Assembly: GCA_016186325.1 (NCBI GenBank)
Contig: JACPLW010000002.1
Coordinates: 1,485 to 65,484, forward strand
Direction of reading: 5' to 3'
DNA length: 64,000 bases
From: Parcubacteria group bacterium
Lineage (GTDB): Bacteria > Patescibacteriota > Minisyncoccia > UBA10092
Shown here in pieces: positions 28,366-37,694 of the stretch. Within the stretch, counting starts at the first letter, position 1; each line of letters starts with the position of its first letter. Position numbers and translations under genes: made by a program. A model generated the notes under the pieces. It ran no database searches and was not told the origin of the DNA. It saw only the letters and a program-made list of their open reading frames with translations.

Positions 28366-28397
28366 GGGACAGGCGGTGCTGAAACACTGCCTGTCCC
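28366..28397 (-). terminator. terminator hairpin after the sigma54-activator gene
   Basis: GGGACAGGC-N14-GCCTGTCCC. Confidence 0.5.
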
Positions 28398-28419
28398 CCC
28401 TGAATCTGACCGGCCGGCA

Positions 28420-29502
28420 TCAAACCTTGCCTTTCGAAATTTTCGTATCATTTCTCCAGCATCCCCGAGTACTACCCAATCCATACCTATGCAACTTACT
28501 GTACAAAGTTTTTAGGGCTATTCCAAGGCTTATAGCGGTTAGTTTTTTATCACCGCCCGAATTTTTTAGCGCCGCCGAAATCATCTCAGCCTCGAGACTG
28601 GCCATGGCCTCTGAGAGAGATCTGCCCCTCTCTGGATGAGAAACTGCGCTATTGACTTGATTGATTTGGGCAGATTCGCCAACCGCCACCTCGGTGTCCA
28701 TCTTACCAAGCGCGGTTCGCACTGCCTCAACGGTCAAAACCCCAATGTCTTTATTTGAAAACAACTTTGAATGTTTGATAACATTTTTCAGCTCGCGGAC
28801 ATTGCCCGGCCAGCGGTGCTGGCACAAAAGCGCGAGCACGCCTTCCTCAATCTCTTCCTCTTCAGATTCAGATATCTGAAGGAAATGGCGCGTAAGAAGC
28901 CCGAGATCGCCATCACGTTCCCGAAGCGGCACAATTGGCACGGGGAATTCGTAGAGCCGATAGAAGAGATCGCTGCGAAACTTGCCATTCTTAACCATTG
29001 CGTAAAGATTTGCGCCCGTCGCAACAATCAATCGAACATCCACCGGCCTGTACTTCGTCTCGCCGATTCTGCGAACCTCATGATTCTCGGTAGCCCGAAG
29101 AAACCGAGCCTGAAGATGCGGCGGCATATCCTCGACCTGATCAATAAAGAGTGTCCCGCCATTCGCGGCCTCAATAAGGCCTATTGCTGGATGATGTGCG
29201 CTTGTGAATGCGCCTCGATCATGGCCAAAGAGCTCGTTCTCCATAAGTTCCATTGCTAGCGAGGCACAATCAACTATAATGAACGGCTCATTCGCGCGAT
29301 TACTCATCGCGTGAATCTCATGCGCGGCCACTTCTTTGCCGACGCCGGTCTCGCCCTGGAGGACAATGGTTTCCTCCGTCGGCGCGAGCTGCTCAAGCGT
29401 CCTCTTCATCTTCTGTATTCCGGCGCTTTCTCCTATAAATCTGGACCATCTTACTTGAGTCTCTGTTCGCAATCCAATGCCTTGCATCCCAATCCTATTC
29501 AT
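28420..29502 (-). CDS. sigma-54-dependent transcriptional activator (AAA+ plus Fis-type HTH, no receiver domain)
   Basis: Walker A GETGVGKE; GAFTSA; ESELFGH; C-terminal HTH; SD GAGGGGGA before ATG. Confidence 0.85.
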   Translation of the reverse strand: MNRIGMQGIGLRTETQVRWSRFIGESAGIQKMKRTLEQLAPTEETIVLQGETGVGKEVAAHEIHAMSNRANEPFIIVDCASLAMELMENELFGHDRGAFTSAHHPAIGLIEAANGGTLFIDQVEDMPPHLQARFLRATENHEVRRIGETKYRPVDVRLIVATGANLYAMVKNGKFRSDLFYRLYEFPVPIVPLRERDGDLGLLTRHFLQISESEEEEIEEGVLALLCQHRWPGNVRELKNVIKHSKLFSNKDIGVLTVEAVRTALGKMDTEVAVGESAQINQVNSAVSHPERGRSLSEAMASLEAEMISAALKNSGGDKKLTAISLGIALKTLYSKLHRYGLGSTRGCWRNDTKISKGKV

Positions 29503-29642
29503 TATTATCCCCCTCGGTGTTAAGGTTCAACTTCCTGTCACTACCGACAAAATACAATAAAAACATAGAAAAGTCAAATAATAAAACAACTCGTAATTTA
29601 CTCTTTGAATTAATAAGGACGCGGCGTATTCAGGTGAGCCAT

Positions 29643-30395
29643 TTAAAAAAGATCAATTTTGCTTTTCCAATCGTCCATAATATTTACCATTTTCTCGTTA
29701 TCAGAACGGCCGAGTTTTTTCAACTGCTTCTTGTCGTCTACCCATTCGCCCCCGTCCCAATATTCAACATTGTCAAATACTGTTTTGTATAATGCTTTTT
29801 CACCGTACACGGTACCTACATAAAAATAATTCCTGACGGCTTTTTGAGCATGCCTCACACCGTCTAACATCAACCACATACCGAGTGACTGGAAAACAAG
29901 AGAAAGATCATAAAAAGAATACCAAAAATGAGTCATATCTTTATCTGAAACCTCAAAGACATAAGCTAATGGCTTATTATTCATACTATATGAAACTATG
30001 TCGGTTATAAGGCCATGATTGAGTATCGTTTTCAAACGCTCTTCAGGCATCACCAAGGGTCCATGCCGTTTTGAAAAATAATCAGAACAAAAATTAATGA
30101 AACCTTTGTTGCTTATGTCAAAATTCTTAAGTGGCACCAATTCGCGAATCAGTTTACCGTCAAATTTTCTTGCAACTCGGCGATTTTCGCTTGAAAGTTT
30201 AAATGACCCCAACGGAACACGCGCGCTTCGAGCCATATAAAAAATATCCTTAACTCCAGGACTGCCAGAATACGGCAAATAGCCGGCAGTATAGATGTCA
30301 GAGAGTTTGTCTTTTTTGTTCCGAATACAATAATTCGCGTAACCAAAAGAATATGTTTTATAATTGTGTCCAAATTCACTTTGAAACTTTTTCAT
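29643..30395 (-). CDS. arginyl/leucyl-tRNA--protein transferase-like (ATE/Bpt family)
   Basis: C-terminal YFYVGTVYGEKALYKTVF..VEYW resembles the ATE_C signature (YLGY...KM.YK..F). Confidence 0.45.
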   Translation of the reverse strand: MKKFQSEFGHNYKTYSFGYANYCIRNKKDKLSDIYTAGYLPYSGSPGVKDIFYMARSARVPLGSFKLSSENRRVARKFDGKLIRELVPLKNFDISNKGFINFCSDYFSKRHGPLVMPEERLKTILNHGLITDIVSYSMNNKPLAYVFEVSDKDMTHFWYSFYDLSLVFQSLGMWLMLDGVRHAQKAVRNYFYVGTVYGEKALYKTVFDNVEYWDGGEWVDDKKQLKKLGRSDNEKMVNIMDDWKSKIDLF

Positions 30396-31804
30396 TTTTT
30401 ATAATTTTCTTCTAACCACTTTGTTACCAACCCTACAAACCCGTCAAATCCTCCCGAGGACATGGCAAGCACTACCGAGTCCTTATCAACGTTATTCTCC
30501 ATTAATACTATTCCCTTTTGTATACTGTCAAATCCCCTAACCGAATGCCCCGCTTCACTTACTCTGTTTACTATCTCTTTCAATGTTAACCCGCTATCAT
30601 TCGGGGGTTTATATATAAAAATTTGATAAGCGCCGTCAAAAACTCTGTCGTACCAATCAATCGCTTCGCGACTTCTCCAACTTAAAGAGTGTGGCTCGAA
30701 CAAAATTATAAGCTTCTTGCCGGGAAAATGAGCTCTAACTGCTTCTATCGCCGACTTTGCCTTAGGAAGAGACGAACCAAATCCTTCATAAAACGGAACT
30801 GATGTTTTGTCTGATTTTTTGTCCAACCGCCTGTTAATTGCCTTGAAGGAAGCGATGGCTTCAGAAAATTCGCTTGGAACAACCAGATTCAGCGACAGCA
30901 ACAAGACGCCTGCGCCAAGAATATTCTCAACATTATGAAGCCCAAGTAAATTCGTCTTTACATTAACTATAAAACTCTCTCCCTTAAAAATATCGAAACA
31001 GGTTATCTCTCCTAATTTAATATTTTCAATATGCCAGTCGGCATTGCTCTTTGTACTGTAAAAATTTGTTTGTTCCTCAAGGCCGCATTTTGAAATTGTT
31101 TCTTTTACTCCTTCACCGTCGGCACATGCAACAATTAATCCGCCCGGAGGGATTGAGGATAGTAATTCAATAAATGGAGCTTTGTAGTCGTTATGGGTCT
31201 TAAATACATTAACGTGGTCGTGAGCCAAAGACGTCAGTAAAACATGCTTTGGATGATAATGTAAAAATTTAGACGAGTCGTCCCAGTTTGATGTTGGATA
31301 CTCATCACCCTCAAGCACGAATATATTACCGTCTCCCTTCTTGGAACTTTCATCGGGAGTATTGGGTATTGCGCCAATGAAGTAGCTGGGATCCTTTCCG
31401 GCATATTCAAGACACCATGCAACAAGAGCCGCGCAAGTTGATTTACCATAACTGCCAACTGCCACAACATTTTCTTTGCCTATATTTAGCTCTCCCAGAA
31501 CTTCGGGAAATGACTTTACCGAAACACCCGAAGAAAAAGCAGCCTCAACTTCTTTATTCTCTTCCTTCGTTAAACCAGAATGTCTGCCAATTATAATTAA
31601 GCTGGTATCCTTAGGAATATTGCTTGGACTGTATCCTTTTTTAAAATTGATGTTGTGTCTTTTTATGTATTCCGAAACGGGCGGATAAAAGTTGTCGTCA
31701 GAACCGCTCACCTGCCAACCATAGTCAATAAGCAGTTTTGCAACCGCGCTCATCCCAGCACCGCAAATACCAATAAAGTGAGCTTTTTTGTTTTGAGAAG
31801 ACAT
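30392..31804 (-). CDS. Mur ligase family protein (MurC/Mpl-like)
   Basis: HFIGICGAGMS N-terminal Rossmann; GSYGKSTC P-loop of Mur ligase middle domain. Confidence 0.65.
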   Translation of the reverse strand: MSSQNKKAHFIGICGAGMSAVAKLLIDYGWQVSGSDDNFYPPVSEYIKRHNINFKKGYSPSNIPKDTSLIIIGRHSGLTKEENKEVEAAFSSGVSVKSFPEVLGELNIGKENVVAVGSYGKSTCAALVAWCLEYAGKDPSYFIGAIPNTPDESSKKGDGNIFVLEGDEYPTSNWDDSSKFLHYHPKHVLLTSLAHDHVNVFKTHNDYKAPFIELLSSIPPGGLIVACADGEGVKETISKCGLEEQTNFYSTKSNADWHIENIKLGEITCFDIFKGESFIVNVKTNLLGLHNVENILGAGVLLLSLNLVVPSEFSEAIASFKAINRRLDKKSDKTSVPFYEGFGSSLPKAKSAIEAVRAHFPGKKLIILFEPHSLSWRSREAIDWYDRVFDGAYQIFIYKPPNDSGLTLKEIVNRVSEAGHSVRGFDSIQKGIVLMENNVDKDSVVLAMSSGGFDGFVGLVTKWLEENYKK

Positions 31805-31810
31805 TTTTCG

Positions 31811-31881
31811 GTGGACCTACGGGGAATCGGACCCCGGATTTGATCATGCCATGATCACGTGTTACCACTATACCATAGGCC
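31811..31881 (-). tRNA. tRNA-Ala (anticodon GGC)
   Basis: Acceptor GGGCCTA/TAGGTCC with G3.U70; anticodon loop ATGGCAT; unusual T-loop TCCGATT. Confidence 0.65.
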
Positions 31882-31893
31882 CCTATTGTAAAA

Positions 31894-32562
31894 TTAAATT
31901 ATTTCTGCAATTTTCATTAACTCATTAAATATATCTGCAGAAAAATAATCAATTCTGCAAACACCCTTATAATCCAATTTTTTGGATGGCCTCCCTAATG
32001 TTCTTGGATCTATTTGTGCTTTATAAAATTTTTTAAGAGGAATTCCTGTTGTTTTAGACCAAAATTTTTCTAGAGTTTTTATATCTTGGTCGGCTCTACA
32101 TTGTAAGGTGCATCGAAATTTATTTTCATCAATATTATAACAGCGTCGTAATAATCGTAAAAATAAGCTAATTACTTTTGGATCAGAGTTCCCGAAAACT
32201 ACGGAACAATTCGATTTTTTTCCTTCGCCCATATATAGCATTGCGACAACGATTTTAGCAATATTTTTATCTTCAATAAGTTTTTTAAGATGCCAAACGC
32301 GATCAGATACTAATTTTAAGTACTGTTCTCGTTTTTTTCTGTTTGTCGCCAAAGCCAATTTTCGACTTCTATTAACATTATCTATGACCCGATTTTTTAA
32401 TACTTGTTTTTGATCTTCAGACAATACAATATTTTTAAACCAAACTGATAACGTACTCTTGGAAATTGGATGATTTAATTTATTCTGAATTTCACCGTAT
32501 GTTTTTCCATTTTTTCGCAACAATACGGCTTTATTTTTTAAGTGGTAGTATCTTGATTTCAT
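31894..32562 (-). CDS. HTH-domain protein, possible LAGLIDADG-like nuclease; paralog of 25163-25834
   Basis: N-terminal HTH LRKNGKTYGEIQNKL..KSTLSVWF; AMLYMGEGKK; FWSKTTGIP shared with the paralog. Confidence 0.5.
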   Translation of the reverse strand: MKSRYYHLKNKAVLLRKNGKTYGEIQNKLNHPISKSTLSVWFKNIVLSEDQKQVLKNRVIDNVNRSRKLALATNRKKREQYLKLVSDRVWHLKKLIEDKNIAKIVVAMLYMGEGKKSNCSVVFGNSDPKVISLFLRLLRRCYNIDENKFRCTLQCRADQDIKTLEKFWSKTTGIPLKKFYKAQIDPRTLGRPSKKLDYKGVCRIDYFSADIFNELMKIAEII

Positions 32563-32604
32563 AAGCAGATTGTAATTGTACTATAGAACTATACCATGTT
32601 CAAG

Positions 32605-32925
32605 TCAACTCTTCAATTTTTGGTCGTCAAATCTATGCTTGTCTCTCGTCATCGATTTTCTAAAACTTTTCTTTATCGCCCTATCTAAATCAAGATTATT
32701 GGAATTGGCAAAACAAATTAAAGTATAAAGAATATCGCCGATTTCTTCCTCCAGGTCTTGTTCCGCTTCGGTTTTCTTTTTTGATTTTTTACCGTAAAGA
32801 TGGTTTACAATACGCGCAAACTCTCCACATTCTTCAAAAAGGCAGGCCAAAATAACCAATGGCGGCCAATATGGCCACTTGTTTTCTTTAAAAAATTTAT
32901 CTAATTCTTTTTGATATTTTTTCAT
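32605..32925 (-). CDS. MazG-like nucleoside triphosphate pyrophosphohydrolase
   Basis: EECGEFA...EEIGDILYTL signature. Confidence 0.65.
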   Translation of the reverse strand: MKKYQKELDKFFKENKWPYWPPLVILACLFEECGEFARIVNHLYGKKSKKKTEAEQDLEEEIGDILYTLICFANSNNLDLDRAIKKSFRKSMTRDKHRFDDQKLKS

Positions 32926-32928
32926 AAC

Positions 32929-33195
32929 TTATTCCCCAAGAAGTTCTTCGCGCTCGGAAATCTCCTGACGCAATTCTTCTACCTCAATTCTAAGAGTTTC
33001 TATTTCTTGAGCATTTGCACTCGCGTCTTTCTCTAATTCTGAAAGTTTTACTTCTCGTTCTTGCAACATTTCTTTTAAAGCAGGGATCTGATCGATCATT
33101 TCGGCAAAATCTTCGGGAGACATTTCCGCAGCGCCTTCCGTTTCTTCAACACTTTTTACTTCTTCTGACTTGTTTTGTGGCATTTCTATACTCAT
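32929..33195 (-). CDS. hypothetical acidic coiled-coil protein
   Basis: 88-aa ORF. Confidence 0.45.
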   Translation of the reverse strand: MSIEMPQNKSEEVKSVEETEGAAEMSPEDFAEMIDQIPALKEMLQEREVKLSELEKDASANAQEIETLRIEVEELRQEISEREELLGE

Positions 33196-33234
33196 ATGTT
33201 ATTTATCTTTATTTAATAATAAACATTAGCCCTA

Positions 33235-33306
33235 TGCCCTCGAGAGGAATTGGACCCCTATCTTACCCTTAGGACGGGTCTGCTCTGTCCGTTGAGCTAC
33301 GAGGGC
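33235..33306 (-). tRNA. tRNA-Arg (anticodon CCU)
   Basis: Acceptor GCCCTCG/CGAGGGC; anticodon loop GTCCTAA; T-loop TCCAATT. Confidence 0.6.
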
Positions 33307-33393
33307 AACATGAATAAAAATTAATTTGCGTTAACTGCGTTATATATTATACTATATATAAACAAACAATATTAAACCTTAAATTTTAATAAT

Positions 33394-34446
33394 ATGCCAG
33401 AAAAATCTCCTATTATAAAATTAGTTAAAAAATGCGCGCCGGCAGTTGTTTCAATTGTTATTGCCAAAGATCTTCCGAAATTGGAAAATTTTCCGGATTT
33501 TTTCCCTTTTTTGCCTTTTAATCCCGCCGAATTATACAAACAAATCCCGCCGGAAATGTTTGACGAACACGGGCGGGTGAAAATTGGCGGCGGTTCGGGA
33601 TTTATAATTTCCGAAGACGGCTTTGTTCTGACAAACAAGCATGTAGTGGTTGACCCGAAGGCCGATTACACGGTTGTAACCAATAATGGCGCGAAACATC
33701 ATGCTAAAGTTGTGGCTCGTGATCCAATTAATGACGTTGCTGTTCTTAAATTTGAAGGAAAAAGCCAGCCGTACATTGAACTAGGCGATTCTACAAATCT
33801 TGAGCTGGGGCAAACAGCTATCGCTATTGGCAACGCTTTGGGACAATTCCAGAATACTATTTCATCCGGAATCGTTTCCGGCCTTTCGCGAAACATTTCG
33901 GCTCAAACTGAAGTAGGTGGTCAGAAACAGGAATTGCGAGGCGTAATTCAAACCGATGCCGCAATCAACCCGGGAAATTCCGGCGGCCCATTGGTTGACA
34001 TTAACGGCGAAGCTATTGGAATTAACTCCGCCGTTGTTTTCGGCGCTCAAAACATTGGTTTCGCTATTCCCATAAATGCCGCAAAGAAAGCACTGGCCGA
34101 TATTAAAAAATATGGCCGCATCCGCGCCCCATTTTTAGGTTTGCGATACATATTAATAGATCCGGTTTTGAAAATGAGGCACAATTTACCGGTAGATTAC
34201 GGCGCCCTGGTTGTCCCCGAAGCCACGCCGGGTGATTACGGCGTTCTTCACAACAGTCCGGCAGAAAAAGCCGGAATAGAAGAACATGATATTATTTTGG
34301 AAGTCGACAACAAAAAAGTAACCAAAGATCTACCTCTTTCGGATATTATTCAAGCTCATGAAGTCGGCGATAAATTGGGCCTAAAATTGTTAAGACGGGG
34401 CGGAAAAGAACTGGAAACAACGATAGTTCTTGAGGAAATGAAGTAA
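33394..34446 (+). CDS. htrA: HtrA/DegP-family serine protease with PDZ domain
   Basis: Catalytic triad context TNKHVV, D, GNSGGPLVD; C-terminal PDZ. Confidence 0.85.
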   Translation: MPEKSPIIKLVKKCAPAVVSIVIAKDLPKLENFPDFFPFLPFNPAELYKQIPPEMFDEHGRVKIGGGSGFIISEDGFVLTNKHVVVDPKADYTVVTNNGAKHHAKVVARDPINDVAVLKFEGKSQPYIELGDSTNLELGQTAIAIGNALGQFQNTISSGIVSGLSRNISAQTEVGGQKQELRGVIQTDAAINPGNSGGPLVDINGEAIGINSAVVFGAQNIGFAIPINAAKKALADIKKYGRIRAPFLGLRYILIDPVLKMRHNLPVDYGALVVPEATPGDYGVLHNSPAEKAGIEEHDIILEVDNKKVTKDLPLSDIIQAHEVGDKLGLKLLRRGGKELETTIVLEEMK

Positions 34447-34527
34447 ATTTTAAAGATTTGACTTTTTGTTTGAAATTTCTTAACTTTTAAAGAAAGTTCT
34501 TAAAATCAACCCAAAATTGGAGAAAGA

Positions 34528-34779
34528 ATGGGCGGATTAAGGGCTTTGGAACTTTGTTTAGAGTGTAGTAACGCAATTGAAGTGATTACCGTAGATTCTG
34601 TAATGACACCGGGCAGATGCTGTCCGCAAGAAGTAGAATGCGTTCATTTAAATAGACACTGGCCGGGTTGCAAGGTTGGAGAGGATATCTTTTCGAGAGA
34701 ACCAGTATGCAATCAATTAGCTACAGGTTCTCCCACCAAAATTTTTCCTCCATTTAGAATTATTGCACAGTCCCAATAA
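34528..34779 (+). CDS. hypothetical Cys-rich small protein
   Basis: 83-aa ORF; SD GGAGAAAGA; weak evidence. Confidence 0.3.
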   Translation: MGGLRALELCLECSNAIEVITVDSVMTPGRCCPQEVECVHLNRHWPGCKVGEDIFSREPVCNQLATGSPTKIFPPFRIIAQSQ

Positions 34780-34800
34780 CCCCATAATTTCGGGGTTTAT

Positions 34801-34826
34801 CCCCACACCCATGCATGGGTGTGGGG
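34801..34826. terminator. perfect 13-bp-arm palindrome (CCCCACACCCATG/CATGGGTGTGGGG), bidirectional terminator
   Basis: Palindrome with no spacer between convergent genes. Confidence 0.55.
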
Positions 34827-34840
34827 ATTTACTTATTAAT

Positions 34841-35602
34841 TTATTCCGTTTTACCCTCAATTTTTTCAGGTCGGCATTTCCACAACATTTCAAATATTTG
34901 ACGCAAGGTTTTAGCCACATCCGGATTTTGCATAAAAACTCCTTGCATATGTCGAAGTGAAAATATCTGAATAAAATCATCACCGATTTCTATGGAAGAA
35001 TCGCTAAAATAATCTTTCGGATCCAGATATTTCATAGCCCATCCGAAATAACTCTCTCGCCCCTTATACCACGAAAGCGAAGGGTCATTCGGTGTCATGC
35101 CCCGAAGTTTAATGCCGGCTTTTTTGCAATCCTCATTCCATTGATGAAATATTTCCTGCATTTCAGGCGAAATATTTTCAGTTTCCCGCGCATAAAATCC
35201 GAGGATTTCCTGGCCGGCCATTCGTTTAACCGATTCGGTTATCATGTTTTTAATTCCTCGCTCGCCCTCATAATAGAGTGTTTTAAATTGCGGGCCGGTT
35301 TTATCTGCCATTGCCATAAGTTGAGGTAAAACACTTTTTGAAAGATTAAGGCGTTCTTCCGCTTCTGCAAAAAACTCATCAGGAGATTTTGCAATATATA
35401 GCTTTTTTCGTGTTCTGGGGATTTTTAACGCAAGACCCTTGTTTATAAGATTTTCAAGAATGACATATGTCGTGGGCCGCTTAACTTGCGCCTGATCAGC
35501 AATCATTTGAGCAGAACCGCGCCCAAATTGAACTAAAGCCATGTATACTTTAGCTTCTTTTTCATCAAGTCCTAAATTTTTTAACGCTTCTTCAATTTTC
35601 AT
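34841..35602 (-). CDS. TrmB-family transcriptional regulator
   Basis: N-terminal winged HTH LDEKEAKVYMALVQFGRGSAQMIADQAQVKRPTTYVILENL. Confidence 0.75.
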   Translation of the reverse strand: MKIEEALKNLGLDEKEAKVYMALVQFGRGSAQMIADQAQVKRPTTYVILENLINKGLALKIPRTRKKLYIAKSPDEFFAEAEERLNLSKSVLPQLMAMADKTGPQFKTLYYEGERGIKNMITESVKRMAGQEILGFYARETENISPEMQEIFHQWNEDCKKAGIKLRGMTPNDPSLSWYKGRESYFGWAMKYLDPKDYFSDSSIEIGDDFIQIFSLRHMQGVFMQNPDVAKTLRQIFEMLWKCRPEKIEGKTE

Positions 35603-35732
35603 AATAAGAACAGTATAGTCTATTTAAAAAAGTTTGTCAATAATTTTGACAAATAAATGTTGTAAAATGTAAAAATTGGCTTAAATTAAGGTAAAAGTTG
35701 AGCTTTTTTAGTTATAAATTCCGATATATTTA

Positions 35733-35761
35733 TTGACATAATCACAAATAAATGCTATACT
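35733..35761 (+). promoter_or_regulatory. consensus sigma70 promoter (TTGACA-17-TATACT) at the start of a GC-rich island
   Basis: TTGACAtaatcacaaataaatgcTATACT; ~120-nt GC-rich leader before the first SD. Confidence 0.65.
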
Positions 35762-35889
35762 ACAGGCAGAACATTAAGATTCATTAAACGTACTCCGAGC
35801 GCGAAAACTGATCTGGCACGCGAGAGGGCGCGGCGGATTGGCTAGTAGATAAGACTTGGGGGAATAACATCCATAAAGGAGGTGATTTC

Positions 35890-36180
35890 ATGGATAAACG
35901 GCACTGCTACCTTTCAGTAGCAGGCTGGCGCTACCCGCGTCATACCATCATTGATGGAAATGTCATCATGATGGAAGTGGCGATGGGAAGCTGCCAACAC
36001 TGTCCTACTTGCTCTCGGCGAGTAGAGATGGTGTCATCTCGGCTTCGGGGTACCAACTCCAAGTGGAGTTGGGAGGGGTTCGGTAACGGACTTTACCTCA
36101 AAGTCGAGATGCCCGATGACGCTGAACAAGTAGAACAATACTTGTCTCGGCTAATCGGAGTCTCTGTCTGGCTCAGATAG
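35890..36180 (+). CDS. hypothetical protein (GC-rich island ORF 1)
   Basis: 96 aa; SD AAGGAGGTGA 4 nt before ATG; CxxC..C motif. Confidence 0.45.
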   Translation: MDKRHCYLSVAGWRYPRHTIIDGNVIMMEVAMGSCQHCPTCSRRVEMVSSRLRGTNSKWSWEGFGNGLYLKVEMPDDAEQVEQYLSRLIGVSVWLR

Positions 36181-36352
36181 CTAGACAGAAAGCCAGTACC
36201 GGCGTCGGAGTGGAACCGACGTGACAACAGAAGGCTCGACTGACCCTCCACCAGTCGGACCAAACCAAGAGACGATTCCATATGCCGAGTCCGGTCGGCT
36301 TATCCCAGGAATCTCTCGGGGCGCGCGGCTGCCTTCAAAAGAAAACCGCAAT

Positions 36353-36418
36353 GGTCGAGCAAAAAACCGCTCGACCTCCCACCAAAGTTTTTGAAGCTTT
36401 CGAAAATTTTGGTGGGGG
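36353..36418 (+). repeat. family-B structured module, copy 1
   Basis: GGTCGAGC..GCTCGACC hairpin, then CCCACCAAAGTTT..AAATTTTGGTGGG arms with a G.U pair on the plus strand. Confidence 0.6.
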
Positions 36419-36474
36419 AATAATGAAAGTTCTTTAATCAAGAAATAAAAAAGAAGAGGGGGTGAGGCCTTATT

Positions 36475-36717
36475 GTGGTGAAATTCATCGTTACATGCGA
36501 TTGGATTGTCTTCGGAGATCGTCCTTTTGGCGGCGACATGCACACAGATGTCGCTCGCCGAAACGGCATCCCGAAAACATCCGTCCGGGGCGGTGGACTC
36601 TCCGATCTGACAGAGCGCCGGATATTTGGGACATCGTATGGTTTCGGATCATACGATCCCGAAGCAATCCGAGCGCTTCTGCCAGATTGGCAGATCGCCG
36701 AGCCCTCTGACTACTAG
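36475..36717 (+). CDS. hypothetical protein (GC-rich island ORF 2, GTG start)
   Basis: 80 aa; SD AAGAAGAGGGGGTGAGG 7 nt upstream of GTG. Confidence 0.4.
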   Translation: MVKFIVTCDWIVFGDRPFGGDMHTDVARRNGIPKTSVRGGGLSDLTERRIFGTSYGFGSYDPEAIRALLPDWQIAEPSDY

Positions 36718-36747
36718 AACAAATCCAAAATGGAAGGAGGTGAGTGC

Positions 36748-36882
36748 ATGGTAGAGGACATGGAGTTTTTCTTCGAGGAAGACGACATCGACATCTCCTT
36801 CGAGGAACTCGGACTCTGCCCCCACTGCGGAGCGGCAGATGACGAGGGATGTGAGGGTAGTTGCCCCAGCTTTCTGGAGTAA
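36748..36882 (+). CDS. small acidic Cys-rich peptide (44 aa)
   Basis: SD GGAGGTGA 5 nt before ATG; MVEDMEFFFEEDDIDISFEELGLCPHCGAADDEGCEGSCPSFLE. Confidence 0.4.
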   Translation: MVEDMEFFFEEDDIDISFEELGLCPHCGAADDEGCEGSCPSFLE

Positions 36883-37026
36883 CTGCCTCACTAACCCCAT
36901 CCATCGGGGATATAGGTGGAGTAGTCGGAGCCTGCGGTGTCCGACGAAAAACTCTGATGCAATGTTAGAGCGGCTAAAAAGCCGAATCAGGCTAGGAGAG
37001 TCCATAGAAACGGCAAAACTCTCCAC

Positions 37027-37107
37027 GGGTCGAGTGAAAAAAGAAATCTCGACCTCCTACCAAAGTTCTCAAAAAGTATTTTGAAAATTTTGGTAGTTTA
37101 TTTTTTT
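37027..37107 (+). terminator. family-B module copy 2 acting as intrinsic terminator
   Basis: GGGTCGAG..CTCGACC hairpin, then CTACCAAAG..TTTGGTAG stem followed by TTTATTTTTTT. Confidence 0.6.
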
Positions 37108-37242
37108 CTCTTTTTTAAGTGTTTGAAAAATTCGATTTGCCGCAATCGTTTTTTTGCTTCGGCAAGAGTTTTGTATGAACCGAAAGAACGGCCGGTAGTT
37201 TCTGATAAAACAACATACTTGCCTTTTATTTTTTTAATCATG

Positions 37243-37315
37243 GGGTGCCTAACGGGATTCGAACCCGTTCTTAGACTGCCACAGAGTCTAGTGCTGCCAT
37301 TACACCATAGGCACC
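37243..37315 (-). tRNA. tRNA-His (anticodon GUG)
   Basis: Acceptor GGTGCCT/AGGCACC; anticodon loop CTGTGGC; T-arm CGGGT TCGAATC CCGTT; no encoded G-1 seen. Confidence 0.6.
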
Positions 37316-37383
37316 ATACGCAAAGAAATATACGTTTTTAATTGACGCTTGTAAAATTTACCTGCCCAGAAACGAGGCATTAT

Positions 37384-37632
37384 TTATTCCTCTACCAAAA
37401 AAACTTCGAAGCCGTCGCCGATTTTTTCATCAACTTTTATTCCAACAATGTCGCCTTTTTTTGCCGAATCAATATCTTTATGTTCCATTTGCATTGAACT
37501 GACCGTTTGTTCAACTTCCTTGTCTCCGTGAACAAATTTAACTTTATCGCCAACAGCCAGCTTGCCTGAAAGCTCAATAATAGCAACACCTATGTTGCCG
37601 TAATAATGAGTAATTTTGCCGATTTTTTTCAT
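37384..37632 (-). CDS. small beta-barrel protein (EF-Tu domain-2-like, hypothetical)
   Basis: 82 aa; GDIVGIKV..GD beta-barrel-like signature. Confidence 0.4.
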   Translation of the reverse strand: MKKIGKITHYYGNIGVAIIELSGKLAVGDKVKFVHGDKEVEQTVSSMQMEHKDIDSAKKGDIVGIKVDEKIGDGFEVFLVEE

Positions 37633-37694
37633 AAAATGAATTTAATGCTAATTATAACTAATATATACCATAAAATTTCAATTATTACAATAAC

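Noticed and set aside
35815-35832. Sigma54 promoter (TGGCACgcgagaGGGC) in island A leader
   Set aside because: GG to GC spacing is off by one and the TTGC element is absent.
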